64,000 nucleotides of DNA from Azolla caroliniana (Eukaryota > Plantae > Polypodiophyta): positions 16,554,001 through 16,618,000 of the forward strand of contig JBHGNT010000015.1 in the NCBI GenBank assembly GCA_043228905.1, read 5' to 3'. The position numbers and the translations under genes were made by a program. Below the pieces are notes generated by a model. The model ran no database searches, was not told where the DNA came from, and saw only the letters and a program-made list of their open reading frames with translations. Positions 46,813 to 60,517 of the stretch are shown piece after piece; within the stretch, counting starts at the first letter, position 1; each line of letters begins with the position of its first letter.

Positions 46813-49134
46813 GAAAACACACAATTATATTAATAAATGTGTGTAAAAAACACTAACAATGGGTGTGACAATGAAGTATGACCCACTAACTACATTACAT
46901 GGGTAGTGGAACATGTTGAATTGCCAATAGGCAAGATGAACACTCCACCGAGGAAATAATCTCCACTTGCTCCAATAAAGAAAATTGCCACATTAGTACT
47001 CCCTTCAACTTTCGTAGATATGCTTTCACTCCATGTCTACCATCAAATACAAAAGCGTTGCACATATTCCAATTATGATGCAATCCCCAATATCTCAGAA
47101 ATAGAAAAACAATCTCCATCTCTAACTTTGGGTCAACCTGTGTAAATTGTGCAAACACCCACTGTCTAGGTGTCAAATAACACCGTGATAAAACTTGCCA
47201 AATTTGAGAAATGTAACTCCAAATTTGAGAAGCAATAGGACATTGTATAAATCGATGAGTACTATCTTCCATTTGAACAGTGCAAAAAAAACAATTACTC
47301 ATTGCTAGTCCACGACGCTTCAGAGCTAATCCCAAAGGCAATCCTCCAATCAAAACTCTCCAAATGAAAACCTTTGCTACAAGTGGCAATTTAGAATGCC
47401 AACTACGTTGTAAGATTTGCCACCACCCATAATCAGATTTGTGTAATCTCCATTCTTCTTCAGCCTTAGATGATAACCATCCAAGAGACTAAATAGAGCA
47501 ATGATACAAAAGATTAGTAGTCACTTGTAACAACAATGTTTGACCCTTTAAACTTCAATCAATCCATGGTTGTTCTCCTACTTGTAGAGGTAAGAGACCT
47601 TGCATCAATGGAATATTTTGTAGTTTTTGCCAAATAAACCCATAATTAGGCGGAATGCAAAACAATTGTCGTGCTTCAACAAACTCCAAAATTCTTTGAG
47701 ATGGAGCCTCAACTATATCTCCCACCTCTTTAACCCCCAAACGAAACAAACGATTAAATTGAGGGCGCAATCTCTCCTTTCCTGGCCAACATAATAACCA
47801 AGAAGACACAAGTAACTCTTTTTGCAAAGAATTACAATGCTCTCTACTAGATGATGGTTTCCATACACATAACAAGAGTGCTTCTTGCCATGAGGTAACC
47901 AAGTGTTGAACACATGTAGATCCTGGAATCCTAAGTGAAATACATCCATTTAGTAATTGCCACCATGAAGACTTAATTGTTGTCCTCCCATGTGTTAAAC
48001 CCTTATTCTCAATGAAATATTGAACAATAGATATCCATGGTTGTGAGTTTGAACACATGTCTTGTAATAATGAAAATCTACGAGCCATCATATGCTTAGA
48101 TAAGTTCAATATTCCAGCTCCCCACAAGCGCTTAAGAGTTGCTAGATGATTCCATGCAACCCATGTGATTCCCATCTTATCCATCTTCTTCCACAACAAA
48201 TATCGAAGAGGTTGCAAAATAGAATGCAAAGCCTTCTTTGTCCATGGCAACAATGGCAAGTAATATAATATCATGGGTTCCATAATACATTGTACAACCT
48301 TCAAACGTACATGAAATGACCAAGGTTGTGATTTCCAATACATGAACTTATCCCTCAACTTACTAGACATCCATTCAATCAATTGACCATTTGTAACATT
48401 CATTCCTAATGGATAGCCCAATTGTCGAAAAATAGAGCCTTTCTTCACCACGGATCCTTGCCATCCTAAACATTCCAAATCACTTTCAGTACATGATATG
48501 AGACTAGACATCCTCCAATTAATATGTAATCTGAAAGCCAATGCAAATTGGTTCCATACAAGCATCCCCTTCTCAAGATTCTCTCGTGAGGCTTGTAGAA
48601 ATATGAAAGAATCATCAACCAAAGCTTGTGCAACTAGTTGCCCTCCAACAGGAAGGTGTAAACCCATAATATCACCATTTGTTGCAAGCTTGGATAACAT
48701 CACTAACAAGGGATGAGTAACAATAGCAAACAACAAAGGGTTAATAGGGCATCCTTGACGAACAGATCTTGTAAGGGCAATCTCTGATGTAACTCCCCCA
48801 TTAAGCATGACTCGAGACACCGCATCTTGTCCTAATAAAAATATGAGGTGAGACATACGAGGTCCAAAGCCCATTGTATGCGTTAACCCAGAAACAAAGG
48901 ACCAATTAACATGATCATAAGATTTCTCCAAATCTAATTGCACCATAATCAATTCTTGATGTCAAGTGTTTCGAGCATAATCCATGGCCATTTGAACATT
49001 CAACACATTATGCAATATATTCCTACTTGCAATAAAACCATATTGGGCAGGATGTATCAACTTTGGCAAATACTTTTGTAATCTATTTGCCAAGACCTTT
49101 GTAAATATCTTATACAAGCCCCCCCATCAAAGAA
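46810..49134 (-). mobile_element. 5'-truncated L1-type LINE, copy 1
   Basis: ORF 48952-47555 RT (LDLEKSYD, VRQGCP, LVDD); ORF 47389-46895 zf-RVT (CFFC...EDSTHRFIQC). Confidence 0.92.
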
Positions 49135-51643
49135 AAAACACAATTATATTAATGAATATCTGTGAAAAACACTACTTACAGTGGGTGTCACAATGGAGTA
49201 TGGTCACCCACTAACTACATGGGTAGTGGAACATGTTGAATTTCCAATAGGCACTACAAACACTTCACTAAGGAAAGAAGTTCCACTTGCTCCAATAAAG
49301 AAAATTGCACATTACTAATCCCTTCAACTTTCATAGAAATGCTTTCACTCCATGGCTACCATCAAATACAAAAGTATTGCACTTATCCAAATTATGACAC
49401 AATCCCCAATACCTCAAAAATAGGAAAATGATCTCCATCATTGATTTTGGGTCAGCCTGTGTAAATTGTGTAAACAACCATTGTCTAGGTATCAAATAAC
49501 ATTGTGATAAAACTTGCCAAATTTGAGAAATGTAACTCCAAATATGACAAGCAATCAGACATTGTATAAAACGATAAGTACTATCTTCCATTTGAATAGT
49601 GCAAAAGAAGCAATTGCTCATTGGTATACCACAACGCTTTAGAGCTAATCCTAAAGGCAAACCCCCAATCAAAACTCTTCAAATGAAGACCATTGATACA
49701 AGTGGCAATTTAGAATGCCAACTACGTTTTAAGATCTACTATCATCCATGATTAGAGTTATGTATTTTCTATTATTCTTCAACCTTAGATGATAGCCATC
49801 CAAAAGATTCAATGGAACAATGATACAAAAGATTAATGTGTAAAAATAACGTTTGAACCCGTAAACACCAATCAATCCATGGTTGTTCTTTTGTTTGTAA
49901 AGGTAAAGGACCTTGCATCAATGCAATATTTTGTAGTTGTTGGTAGATAAACCCATAATTAGGCAGGATGCATAATAATTGTTGCGCTTCAACAAACTCC
50001 AAAATGATTTGAGATGGAGTCTTAACTATATCTCACACTTGTTGGACCCCCAAACGAAATAAATTGAGAGTGTAATCTCTCCTTTCCAAGCCCACATAAT
50101 AACCAAGAAGACACAAGTAGCTCTTTTTGCAAAGGATTACAATGCTCTCTACTAGATGATCGTTTCCATACACATAACATTAGTGCTACTTGACATGAGA
50201 TAACCAAGCGTTGAACACATGAAGAACCACAAATCTTAAGTGAAATATATCCATTCAGTAATTTCCACCATGAAGCATTAATCGTTGTCCTCCCATGTGT
50301 TAAACCCTTGTTCTCAGTGAAATATTGAACAATAGATATCCATGGTTGTGAGTCTGAACACACATGTCTTCCAATAATGAAAATTGACAAGCCACCATAT
50401 GCATAGATAAGTCAAATATTCCAGCTCACCCCAAGTGCTTAGGGGTTGCTAGATGATTCCATGTAGCCCATATGATTCCCATCTTATCCCTCTTCCTCCA
50501 CAACAAATATGAAAGAGCTTGCAAAATAGAATGCAAAGTCTTCTTTGTCCATGGAAATAATGGCAAGTAATATAATATCATGGGTTCCAGAATACATTGT
50601 ATAACCTTCAAGTGTACATGAAATGACCTTATACGAACTTATCCCTTAATTGATTAGAGATCCATTCAATTAATTGACCATTTGTAATATTAATTCTCGA
50701 TGGATACCCTAAGTGTCGAAAAATGGAGGCTTTCCTAAACACGACTCCTTGCCATCTGAAACATTCCAAATCCTTCAGTACATGAGATGAGACTAGAATT
50801 CCTCCAATTAATATGTAATCCGAAAGCCAATGCAAATTGGTTCCATACAAGCATCCCTTTTGAAGATTGTCTCATGAAGGTTGTAAAAACATGAAAGAAT
50901 AATTTGCCAAAGCTTGTGCTACTAGTTGCCCTCCAGATGGAAGGTGGTACACCCACAATGTCACCATTCATTGCAATTCTCGATAACATCACTAACAAGG
51001 GATGAGTAACAAAAGAAAACAACAATGGGCTAAGTAGGTATCTTGATGAACAAATCTTGTGAGGGCAATATCTGATGCAATTACCCCATTAAGATATCGC
51101 ATCTTGTCCTAATAAAAATATGAGGTGAGACATATGTGGTCCAAAGCCCATTGCATGCATTAATTCTTGATGAGTGTGAAATGTAATCCATGGCCATTTG
51201 ACCATTCAATACATTATGCAATATATTCCTACTTGCAATAACATCATATTGGGGGTGTAAAGAAATGGAGAGTGTAGGTGATATTGTGTAGTGGAAGAAA
51301 ACTATGTGTGTGCGTAAGATAAGCAGAGAGAAAAAAGAACTTAGAGACAAAGAACAAGAAGCTATACTAATCAGGTAACAGCTATAAAACAAAATACATC
51401 CAACAATAACTAGGTTACAAAAGGGTTGGTTTAAATACCAACTAACTTAGGGTAACTGCCATTTTGACTATTTACAAAACTAGCCTAAACTTAGAGTGTC
51501 CATTGCTAGTGTGAAAGCCATTACGTTTTGGGAAGTTGGGTTTGACTTTCAACAGGGGGGATGTATCAACTTTAGCAAATAATTTTGTAATCTATTTGCC
51601 ATGACCTTTGTAAATATCTTATACAACCCCCCCATCAAAGAAT

Positions 51644-51648
<5 letters not shown>
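49135..51648 (-). mobile_element. 5'-truncated L1-type LINE, tandem copy 2 (more degraded)
   Basis: Collinear with copy 1 and truncated at the same 5' point (SLMGGLYKI); abuts (CT)n at 51647-51682. Confidence 0.88.
51256..51554. mobile_element. Solo LTR (299 bp) inserted in L1 copy 2
   Basis: TG...CA ends, flanked by GGGGG on both sides; the L1 sequence resumes on the other side. Confidence 0.75.
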
Positions 51649-51686
<38 letters not shown>

Positions 51687-52967
51687 GGGAGAAATTAGGC
51701 CTGTTTTTGGGGTTTTTGAGATATTCATCATATTTAGTCCACCCAATGAAAAAAGAGCTTCCTTAATCTTGTATTGGAATCTTTAATCCTTCATCAATCT
51801 ATTGTAACTATGCAAAATTTAGCCACTACTCCCAAAACATCATTGCGTAATCAATTGCAGTGAAGACCCCCCTTTTATACAATAAGTTGTGCATGAATTA
51901 ACATTCGACCTTGGAGTCTTACACATGATAACCCACAATACACCCTCCCTTAACCTTACAGTAACACATGCTTAACTCTTTACATTAGTTAGGTGTCACA
52001 TTCAAGGGGGGTTGTGATCTAATTCAGGCCAATTGAGCTAGAAGAAGAAGAAAAATCCATTCTCCTCTACACATATGATAAGATTTAGAGATACAATAAT
52101 CTAACTTTTGAAGAAACTGAAACACATGTAATGATATCCCGTAGTCTCAACCATTCTACCCTCGGTTCTAACAATGAAAACAATGATGATGACCACAATG
52201 GCCCAAGAAACTCCGCTCACATATCTTCATCTCCATCAAACCATACTGCTACCTTTAATTCCACCAATGCACACATCACTAACCCATTCGACCTAACTCA
52301 ACATAACATCCCTAACACATCCTACAAAACCAACCTCCACCTATCCATGCAATAACACTTCCCTTCCTCTAGGTTTTCATCCCATGTTGATAATCACACA
52401 CATGAGCATCACCATGATTAAGTTGTAACTTATGATGCTTTAATTGTCTTTATAATTCTCATAAACCCTATTTTTGTGAGTTAGGGCCTAGGGTCAAATA
52501 CGACATATGGTTCCAAATATTTATACACAAATTATGTAGTTGCATACAAGGATAGGTATGATCTCCATTCTCTAAATACATTTCCTTGATCAAGTGCAAA
52601 CTATTCACCTCTTATTAGTATCAATAAAAAATTATAAATTATAATAGATAATGTTGCCAAAATGGGGAATGGGTCGTTAATCTATGCTTGTGTGTAGTAA
52701 TAAAAATTGCACTCATTACATTTTTGTGAAGTGTTGCAAGATCCTTTGTAATTGTATATGATTTTCTTTCAATAAACAAGTGGTTTCCAAGTACCTTATA
52801 TGGGATGTACGGAATTAAGAGAGTGTTAAATAACAAGTTTTGGCATGCCATATTAGCTTGTATTTTTCATATAATTTGTACTATTTGTAGAAAAGAGTTA
52901 AATTGAAGCAAAACATAAATAAATCTATTATTTAAACTGGTCCATATGAAATGTTAGTGATAATTGG

Positions 52968-53203
52968 TTATGTGTTGTGGCAAAATTTGAATGCATTAAA
53001 GGGGTTGAGGTATAATCCTTTGAGAATTGCTATACGAAAGACTTGTAAATTGAATGCATGGGTGAAATGAAAACCATCCCAATTAAAGTATGTGTTTGGA
53101 TTTGAACACACTGAAGCGTCCACATCACAAAAGAGCTCAGAGTTGTAATTGTAAGGAAACTTAGGTCCAGCACCACAACATGCTTTTAATGTATCAATGA
53201 ACC
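52968..53203 (-). CDS. GDSL esterase/lipase, last exon
   Basis: AG acceptor at 53205-53204; KACCG...C...YFNWDGFHFT (block V DxxH); stop at 52968-52970. Confidence 0.9.
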
Positions 53204-53291
53204 CTGTGAATTTTAAGATAAATTGAAGGAAACAAGAAATATGGAAAAGTATTCTAAAAACACATAGTTTATTTATAGTTAGATATATTAC

Positions 53292-53553
53292 CAAATTTGA
53301 AATTGTATTTGAGAAAATACTTGTAAGCACCATAGTAATCGAGGAAAATGAAGCTTGCATCAGAATATACTTCTCTTAAATACTCTATCTCTGCTAACAA
53401 TTGCATACCATGATGGTAGGACACATTGTTGTACTCAATGAGGCATCCATACTCATCCTTGATACCATCGTATGAAGACAACAAAAAGGGCAAGCAACCC
53501 AAAGGTGTGACACTGATAACAAGAAACTTCCTAGCACCACTTTTATAGAGTGT
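53292..53553 (-). CDS. GDSL esterase/lipase, exon 4
   Basis: TLYKSGARKFLV...PLGCLP...DYY; GT/AG boundaries in phase. Confidence 0.9.
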
Positions 53554-53702
53554 CTAAGCAAAAGAATAAATTAGTTAGCATTAGATATTGTTCCATTAAA
53601 TAATAACATAAAAATGTATGTGTGTGACACAACAAAATGAATTCCATTAGCGATTATTATGTCTACAATGTCACGGCCTAGTCCAAGAGAGAGAGAGAGA
53701 GA

Positions 53703-53886
53703 GAGCTCAGTTGGTAAGGTTGCCCAATGGAGACTAGGTGGTCATGGGTTCAACCCCTACATTCCACAGTGGCATCTAGTGAAATAGAGATATATATGAA
53801 GTATATAATAGAGAGGTGACGAAATTGGGTTTTGAACCCAAGACATAGTGTTTGTAGTGTTATCAACTTACCACTAGGGTAAGCTA
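53703..53886. repeat. Two convergent tRNA-derived (A-box/B-box) modules, SINE-like
   Basis: Plus strand AGCTCAGTTGG...GGTTCAACCC (53704-53756); minus strand CTAGTGGTAA...GGTTCAAAAC (53878-53828); flanked by GA repeats. Confidence 0.5.
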
Positions 53887-54239
53887 ATTACGATAAAGAG
53901 AGAGAGAGATTTTACCGTTGACTTCGGAGGAATGAGGCCAAAAACATTACATTTCACGTAACACATGTAAAAGTGAGTAGTAACTCTCTAGATGAATGTT
54001 GCAATCAAGTGTGCACACTGTGACCGTGAGAAAAATTTGTGCAAGGATTGGGTTTTGTATTGAGGTGCAACATACATAGTATAATGTGTGAAGCATGAGA
54101 CTCCTCATTTTCCCTATGTCATGATACACTGCCGTTGCAAAAATGCCTCATTTACAAAGGAATCTAGAAAAGCATATAATTGATATAGGTTACATATTTT
54201 ATAGAATATGACTAAGAGCGGCCTATGTGTCCAAATATA

Positions 54240-56600
54240 ATAATGGAAGAGATGAGATCATTGTGGTGATTGATATCATTAATGGGTGGGTTGTACAAGA
54301 TTTTTCCCAAAGTAGCAGCAAATTGACTTCAAAAGGTGTAACCTTATATGACTCTTCCTATGCAATATGGGTTTAATTTGGGAAGGGACGAACATCATAA
54401 TATTTTGAATTTGCCAGTGGTCGTGGATTATGCCAAAGAATCAAAACAAGAAATTGTAATGACAAATATATATATAGAGAGAGAGGCTTATGATCATGTA
54501 AGTTCGTCTTTTGTTATCCAACTTACGTATTGTATGGGTTTTTTTACAAGGATGTCTCAACTTAATTTTACATTGGGGTTAGGTGCAGTGTCACATGTTA
54601 TGTTAAATGGGAGAGTTTCTAAGGCGATACCATTGACGAGGTTAGAAAAGCAATGATGCTATTGAGTCCATTGCTAAGGTATAGTGTCACTCGAATATAG
54701 TTGTGGTGCATGAGTTGGGAGCATGCGGGGAAATAGTTGATCTTGCTCAGGCATTGGAAAATGATTCATTCTTGTTCCTTTATGATTTATTGATAATATA
54801 CATAGCTAAGGCAATTGAAGTGTGGAGTGTGTTTGCCTTGGCATATGGATCACATATTCCTATGAGGAAGTCAATGCTTAAATACAATGCATTGAGAGTG
54901 ATTTGTTTATCTTGGATAGTGTGGTCAACATTTGATCATACAATCTTAGATAAGTTTATGTACTAGAAGTCTCAAAAATAATGATTACTTATTTTGCTCC
55001 ATTGTTACCATGGATGAAAAAATCACTTGACCATTTAGCTTGTCACAAAAAATTTGATTATGAAAGAAAGTGCCAAAACTTGGTATGAGTTGGGATTCAT
55101 GGAGCAATATACATACCCCAAACGTTAGGGGGGACTGAACTACTAAATATGGAAGATCATATGGTTGATCAAAAGTTAAAACCTCTTAAAGGTATGTGCA
55201 TATGCACTCAACCTTGGGCAAAGATAAATTACATTTTGTGGAAAATGTGGGTATATACTAGCAATGGACACGATTTCGGCTCAAACCGAACCGAACCTTT
55301 AAGCCATGGTTTAATGGTTTATTGGTTCCAAATAATAATAATGGTTTGGTTTGGTTTGGATTTTCAATAAACGGTTCAGTTTTAGTTTGGTTTGGTTATA
55401 AAACTCGGGTTTATAGGTTTGGTTTAAAGGTTTATATGTTTTTTGTTAACTTTTTTTTTTACCTTAATAGTTTATTAAATTAATGGTTTTTTATTGATTT
55501 AATAAATTTAACTTAAATGCTTATTTAATTTAATGTATTTTGTTTATTTAGATGTTTAATTAGTTTGATTTAAATGGTTAGGTTTAAATTTTTTATTAAA
55601 TGGTTCGGTTTGGTTTCAACTTTTCCCTAAACGGTTTGGTTTTGTTTTGTTTTATATAAACGGTTCGGTTTCTTTGTCTTGAAACCAAACCATGCCCATT
55701 GCTAGTATATACCATGGGAAAACAAGAATTATAATGTCATAGTGACATGTTATTACTTAAACATTTATATATTCTAAATCTGTTACAGATCACAAATTAG
55801 TGTTCTCTTGGCAACAATGTTAGAAATTGTTCAATCAGCAAACCCTTTGAGTGCAGAAAAGATAGTAATATGGTAATAATGACCTCAAGACTATTACATT
55901 GGTATGAAAAAAAAGTTCAAGTCATAGTTCATTAAAATGGCAAGGCTTGGCTTGGTAACTATGGACGATATTATTCTAGAGTCACGTAGGCATAGGATGA
56001 CCTTTTGGATAGTACGAAGTAGGTCTCATATACCAGGTGTATTAAATTGTAGTGTGTACGTATGTTAATGGACATATGCATATTATATGGACTATATATT
56101 TAGATAGTTAGAGTTTGGTTAATGAAGAAGGTTATGGATACATGACATATTACCAAATGTGTTTTATGTTGACACTCTCATCTTCCATTTCATGCAAATA
56201 TGTTTCTTTCACATGCAATAGTGTGTGGGTTGCCTTTGATGATGGATTTAAAATGAAGATATATTTCAAATGGTACATGTTTTTTCTATATAGTGATTAA
56301 GGAAGATGTTAGACACAGGTTCAATAGATGCCTAGTTGCTAAAAATATTTCTGTTGTTATATTACCACTTTAAGCATCATTAATTTGTAGTGTTTTGTCA
56401 CCTTTTCAATGGCTTTTTATTAAGGGTGTTTGAGCTCTACCCACACCATTATATAACGTTGTGTTTGACTATCGTAGACATTGGGGGATATGGTATCGTT
56501 GGAGCCTGAGAAATGGGATCTTGTTTTATAGACTTTTTGGGTGCACAACAATTACGTAGGCTAAAGGAAAGCTGATTTGGCAGTTTTCTCAATTATGTTG
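54240..56600 (+). mobile_element. Degenerate L1-type LINE in GDSL intron 3; boundaries approximate
   Basis: SLMGGLYKIF, QYGF, AYDHVS and QALENDSF motifs homologous to the 46.8-51.6 kb L1s. Confidence 0.7.
55259..55704. mobile_element. hAT-type MITE, 446 bp
   Basis: 8-bp TSD GTATATAC (55251-55258 and 55705-55712); terminal inverted repeats TAGCAATGGACACGATTT / TAGCAATGGGCATGGTTT. Confidence 0.9.
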
Positions 56601-56789
56601 TATGAGCACCTTGCCCATAGAAGAGAGAGATTCATGCTATTTAGTAATACACCTTAGAGTTGGGTTTACCTTTTTATATTACTACTATTGAAGTAGTTGA
56701 GATAACAAAGCTTTGTATTGTCATGTTGTTTTAATACAAACATAAGATTTATGAGAGAGAGAGAGAGAGAGAGAGATTTGATAACCCAC

Positions 56790-56944
56790 TTCAATTCCAA
56801 CACGTATTTTTCGAGTAACTAAAGGGACCAAATTTGAGTCAACATATTCAGGTGTTTTGTTTACTGCAAATGCTGCAAGGTAGTCATCCCCGCCAATTTC
56901 AATTATATAAAGCCCAAAATGAAAGGATGCAAGTGTGGGTTTTC
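56790..56944 (-). CDS. GDSL esterase/lipase, exon 3
   Basis: LYIIEIGGDDY (block III); GT/AG boundaries in phase. Confidence 0.88.
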
Positions 56945-57029
56945 CTAGAGAATGGAAACACATTATTTAGGATATGGTATAAAAATGTAAAGAGTAAGGA
57001 AATTGTGAAATAATCAAAATTTGGTTTAC

Positions 57030-57251
57030 CTGGGATGAATTTATCTTTACTTGATTCTACTTCCGCCTTAACACTTAAATACCATGAAAGCTCATCATGA
57101 AGAGAGGTATTTGTGATAGTTATGATTCCCAAACTATTAAGATAGTTGGTATCAAGGGCAGAAGCTCCAACATATGCAAAATCAATACCATTTTTGAAGT
57201 CAACATTATTTTCAAAGTAGGGATGGATAAAAGAGAGATCTAGCCATGTAG
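57030..57251 (-). CDS. GDSL esterase/lipase, exon 2 (exon 1 with the GDS motif not found in the window)
   Basis: A.WLDL...PY...GIDFAYVGASA (block II); phase-1 acceptor as in plant GDSL genes. Confidence 0.88.
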
Positions 57252-57499
57252 CTGCACCATCACTTGTTGATATTACAACTCTCTCTCTCTCTCTCTCTCT
57301 CTCTCCTTACCATACTTACAGTTTCAAAAATAGGTGCTTAGCCCATTAAAGGTACTAACCATGCAAAGAGTATGGAAGTACATCACAAAAGTAAATAATA
57401 TGCATGATCACAATTTGTCAAAATAAGATGCAAGATACAAACATGAAAAAGAGAAAAATACTCTCCCTTGGTTGGGTGCTTGACATTTTAAAATGGTTT

Positions 57500-57960
57500 A
57501 AAATATAGGGGGTAAAAAGATCCATTGGAGCTCTTAAGTGATGCTACGAAGTTGTGATATTTGAGGATAGATTAATATAGGCACTAGAGATGAAGTGACA
57601 ATATGCTAAAATGTCAAAATTGGAATATTGCATCGAATGTTAACCCCAATACAAGGTTACAAACATACCAAAAGGTATCCAACCACATCTTTACTATTCC
57701 CTTGAGCTTGGTCTCACTCACACAAGTCACCTGTTGAAGTAGGATTACAACATCACCCTAGTATGAAGATATGCAAAGTATGTAATGGCAACATTGTCAA
57801 GGATGAATGTCACTTGTCACATGCTAAGAATATAAGGTAATTTGCAAGAAGTATAATGACTTATTAGATACACGTGATAATTTAATTGTTATATGGCCTT
57901 GTTGGACAAAATTGGCCTCCTTGTGGACAATGCAAATTCTATTTCTATCTATCTCTTTGG
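57500..57960 (+). mobile_element. RTE/RTEX-like LINE 3' fragment
   Basis: Resembles the 40915-41442 region (AK..KLEY; CKVCNG..VKDECHL); short repeat tail. Confidence 0.55.
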
Positions 57961-58119
57961 CAACATATGTATATATTTGACAAACAAAATGATTTGGAGA
58001 GAAATCAGAACATTTTGTTCTAAATCACAAGACAAATGCAGAGTTTTTTGCATTCATGTGTATTGGGCATGTGAATTCATAATATACCATTACGATCGTG
58101 TAGGGGTGGACAGAAATTG

Positions 58120-60187
58120 GAGCACTGACGGGCGTGAAGAACCATATGTTGTCCTCGCCAGGGAGTAGAACACCAACGGACGTGAGTGACCATGTGCGGT
58201 CCTCACCGGAGATTGGAACATCGATGGGCATGAGTGACCATATACGGTCCTCATCGGAGATTAGAACCCCGACGGGTGTGAGTGACCATGTGTGAAAGTC
58301 TTGTTCGACGTCATCATTTTCAGCACATCTTCACCCAACCATCGTCGTCATCAACACTACTTGTCATCATTTTTAGGTATCATTTTGCATCATGGTTTTG
58401 GCGAGGAGTGCTTTCGATCACTCACCTTCCCAGTTCCGGTGGGGGTCACAACCACTCACTTTTCTGGTGGGGATCGGATCATTGCTTGCTTGCATTGCAT
58501 TTTCGTTATAGTTCAAGTCTCGCACCACTTTCTGTTGGCGAGCACCAATTTCGATTGCTCACCTTCTAGTTTCGGTGGGGTTCACAACCACTCACTTTCC
58601 TGGTGGGGATCGCGTGGGTTTCTCGCCAGCGCTACCATTTGTGTCGTGTCTTGGGCCAACCTTGACTGTTTACCCTCTCATAATAGCAGAAGTTGAGTCG
58701 ACTGCTTCACTTGCACTCCTTTGTCCATTGTTGTCCCAATTCTCGGTGAGGGTCGCATGGTCGCTCACATCCATTCGTGTTTAGTTCTCGGTGAGGGCCA
58801 CATGGTTGCTCACGTCGGTTCGTGTTCCAATTCTTTGTGAGGGCCACATGGTCGGTCATGCCCGTTCGTGTTCAGTTCTCGGTGAGGGTCGCATGGTCGC
58901 TCATGCCCGTTCGTGTTTTCGATGAGGACTGCACATGGTTGCTCACGTTCTAGTTCCCAATGAATATACCACAGAATAATTCTAGAATATACTAACGACT
59001 AGAATATTCTCGAATGTAATATATACTAGACTCTACAATATATACAAGTTCACAATCGAATGTGGATAGTTCACAAGATTTTCCATAGGATTAACACAAA
59101 ACAATGTACTGTGTGTGTTAAAAGTCAGAGGTTCAAGTCTAGAATGTGACATTATCCCCCCTCTTACGCAGCATTCCCAAACCGAACTAGTCTTTGGCTT
59201 AAGGGGATACTGTTGATGAAAATCTTATTGACCACCTCCAAAGTATTTTGTAAATCCTACACAAGGAGTAACCCTTCCAGAAGACGAGGTATTGAACACC
59301 AACGAGCATGAGTGACTATGTGCGGTCCTCGCCCAAGACCGGATCACGAATACCAACGGGCGTGAGCGACCATGTTCGGTCCTCACGGGGAGCATGAACA
59401 CCAACGGGCGTGAGCAACCATGTGTGGTCCTCACTAGGAATTGGAACATGAAAATCAACAATGACCATGAGCGACCATGTCGGTCCTCGCCGGGATCTGG
59501 AACACGAACAATAGCTGGAGTGAGCGACCATGTGCGGTCCTCACTTGAGACTAGAACACAAATGGGAGTGAGCGATCATGTGTGGCCCTCATCGGGAACT
59601 AGAACGTGAGCGACCATGTGCGGTCCTCATCGAAAACACAAATGGGCGTGAGCGACCATGCGGGCCTCACTGAGAATTGGAACACGAACGGACGTGAGTG
59701 ACCATGGGCCCTCACCGAGAACTGAACACGAACGGGTGTGAGCGACCATGCGGCCCTCACCAAGAACTGGAACACGAACGGACGTGAGTGACCATGTGTA
59801 GCCCTCATCGGGAATTGGAACGTGAGTGACCATGTGCGGTCCTCATCGAACAAGCGTGAGCGACCATGCGGCCCTCACCGAGAACTAGAACATGAATGGA
59901 CATGAACGACAATGCGGCCCTCACCGAGAACTGAACACGAATGGGCATGAGCAACCATGCGGCCCTCACCGAGAACTAGAACACGAATGGACATGAACGA
60001 CAATGCGGCCCTCACTGAGAACTGAACACGAATGGGCATGAGCAACCATGCGGCCCTCACTGAGAACTGGAACACGAAGGGGCGTGATGACCATGCGGCC
60101 CTCACCGAGAATTGGAACACGAACGGACGTGAGCGACCATGCGGCCCTCACCAAGAATTGGAACACAAATAGACGTGAGCAACCAAA
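58120..60187. repeat. About 45-bp tandem repeat arrays in both orientations
   Basis: gtgagcgaccatgcggccctcaccgagaactggaacacgaacgg units at 58120-58290 and 59290-60185; inverted block at ~58735-58963. Confidence 0.9.
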
Positions 60188-60517
60188 TGTGGATTGGGAT
60201 GGAGCACAAGGCTAGAAGACAGAGAGCTAGAACAGACAAGGCTATAAATGAGACAAAGGTAAAGATCAAGGAGACAAGACGGAGTGAAACAAGAATACTA
60301 GATTGATGTGTCAATGACTGGTGTTGAATCCCTTGAATGGGACCAAGGAGGTTACAAGTATTTATACATGTTTCGAGATTGAATATCTCTAGAATATACT
60401 CGAGAAATATCTCTAGAATATACTCGTCTAGAATATGTTGTACAATATTTCTAGAATATACTCGTCTAGAATATGTTGTACAATATTTCTAGAATATACT
60501 AACAACTAGAATATTCT
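58964..60517 (-). mobile_element. Non-coding LTR element E with truncated LTRs and a repeat-array interior
   Basis: Minus strand: TATAAATA near 60360, LTR end CA at 60188, 2-nt spacer, TGGTTGCTCACG; PPT AAGAGGGGGA at 59165-59155; 3' LTR starts at 59151; shared tctagaatatactaac motif. Confidence 0.6.

Noticed and set aside
58120-60185. CRISPR array
   Set aside because: The context is eukaryotic, the units are contiguous degenerate repeats without unique spacers, and there are no cas genes.
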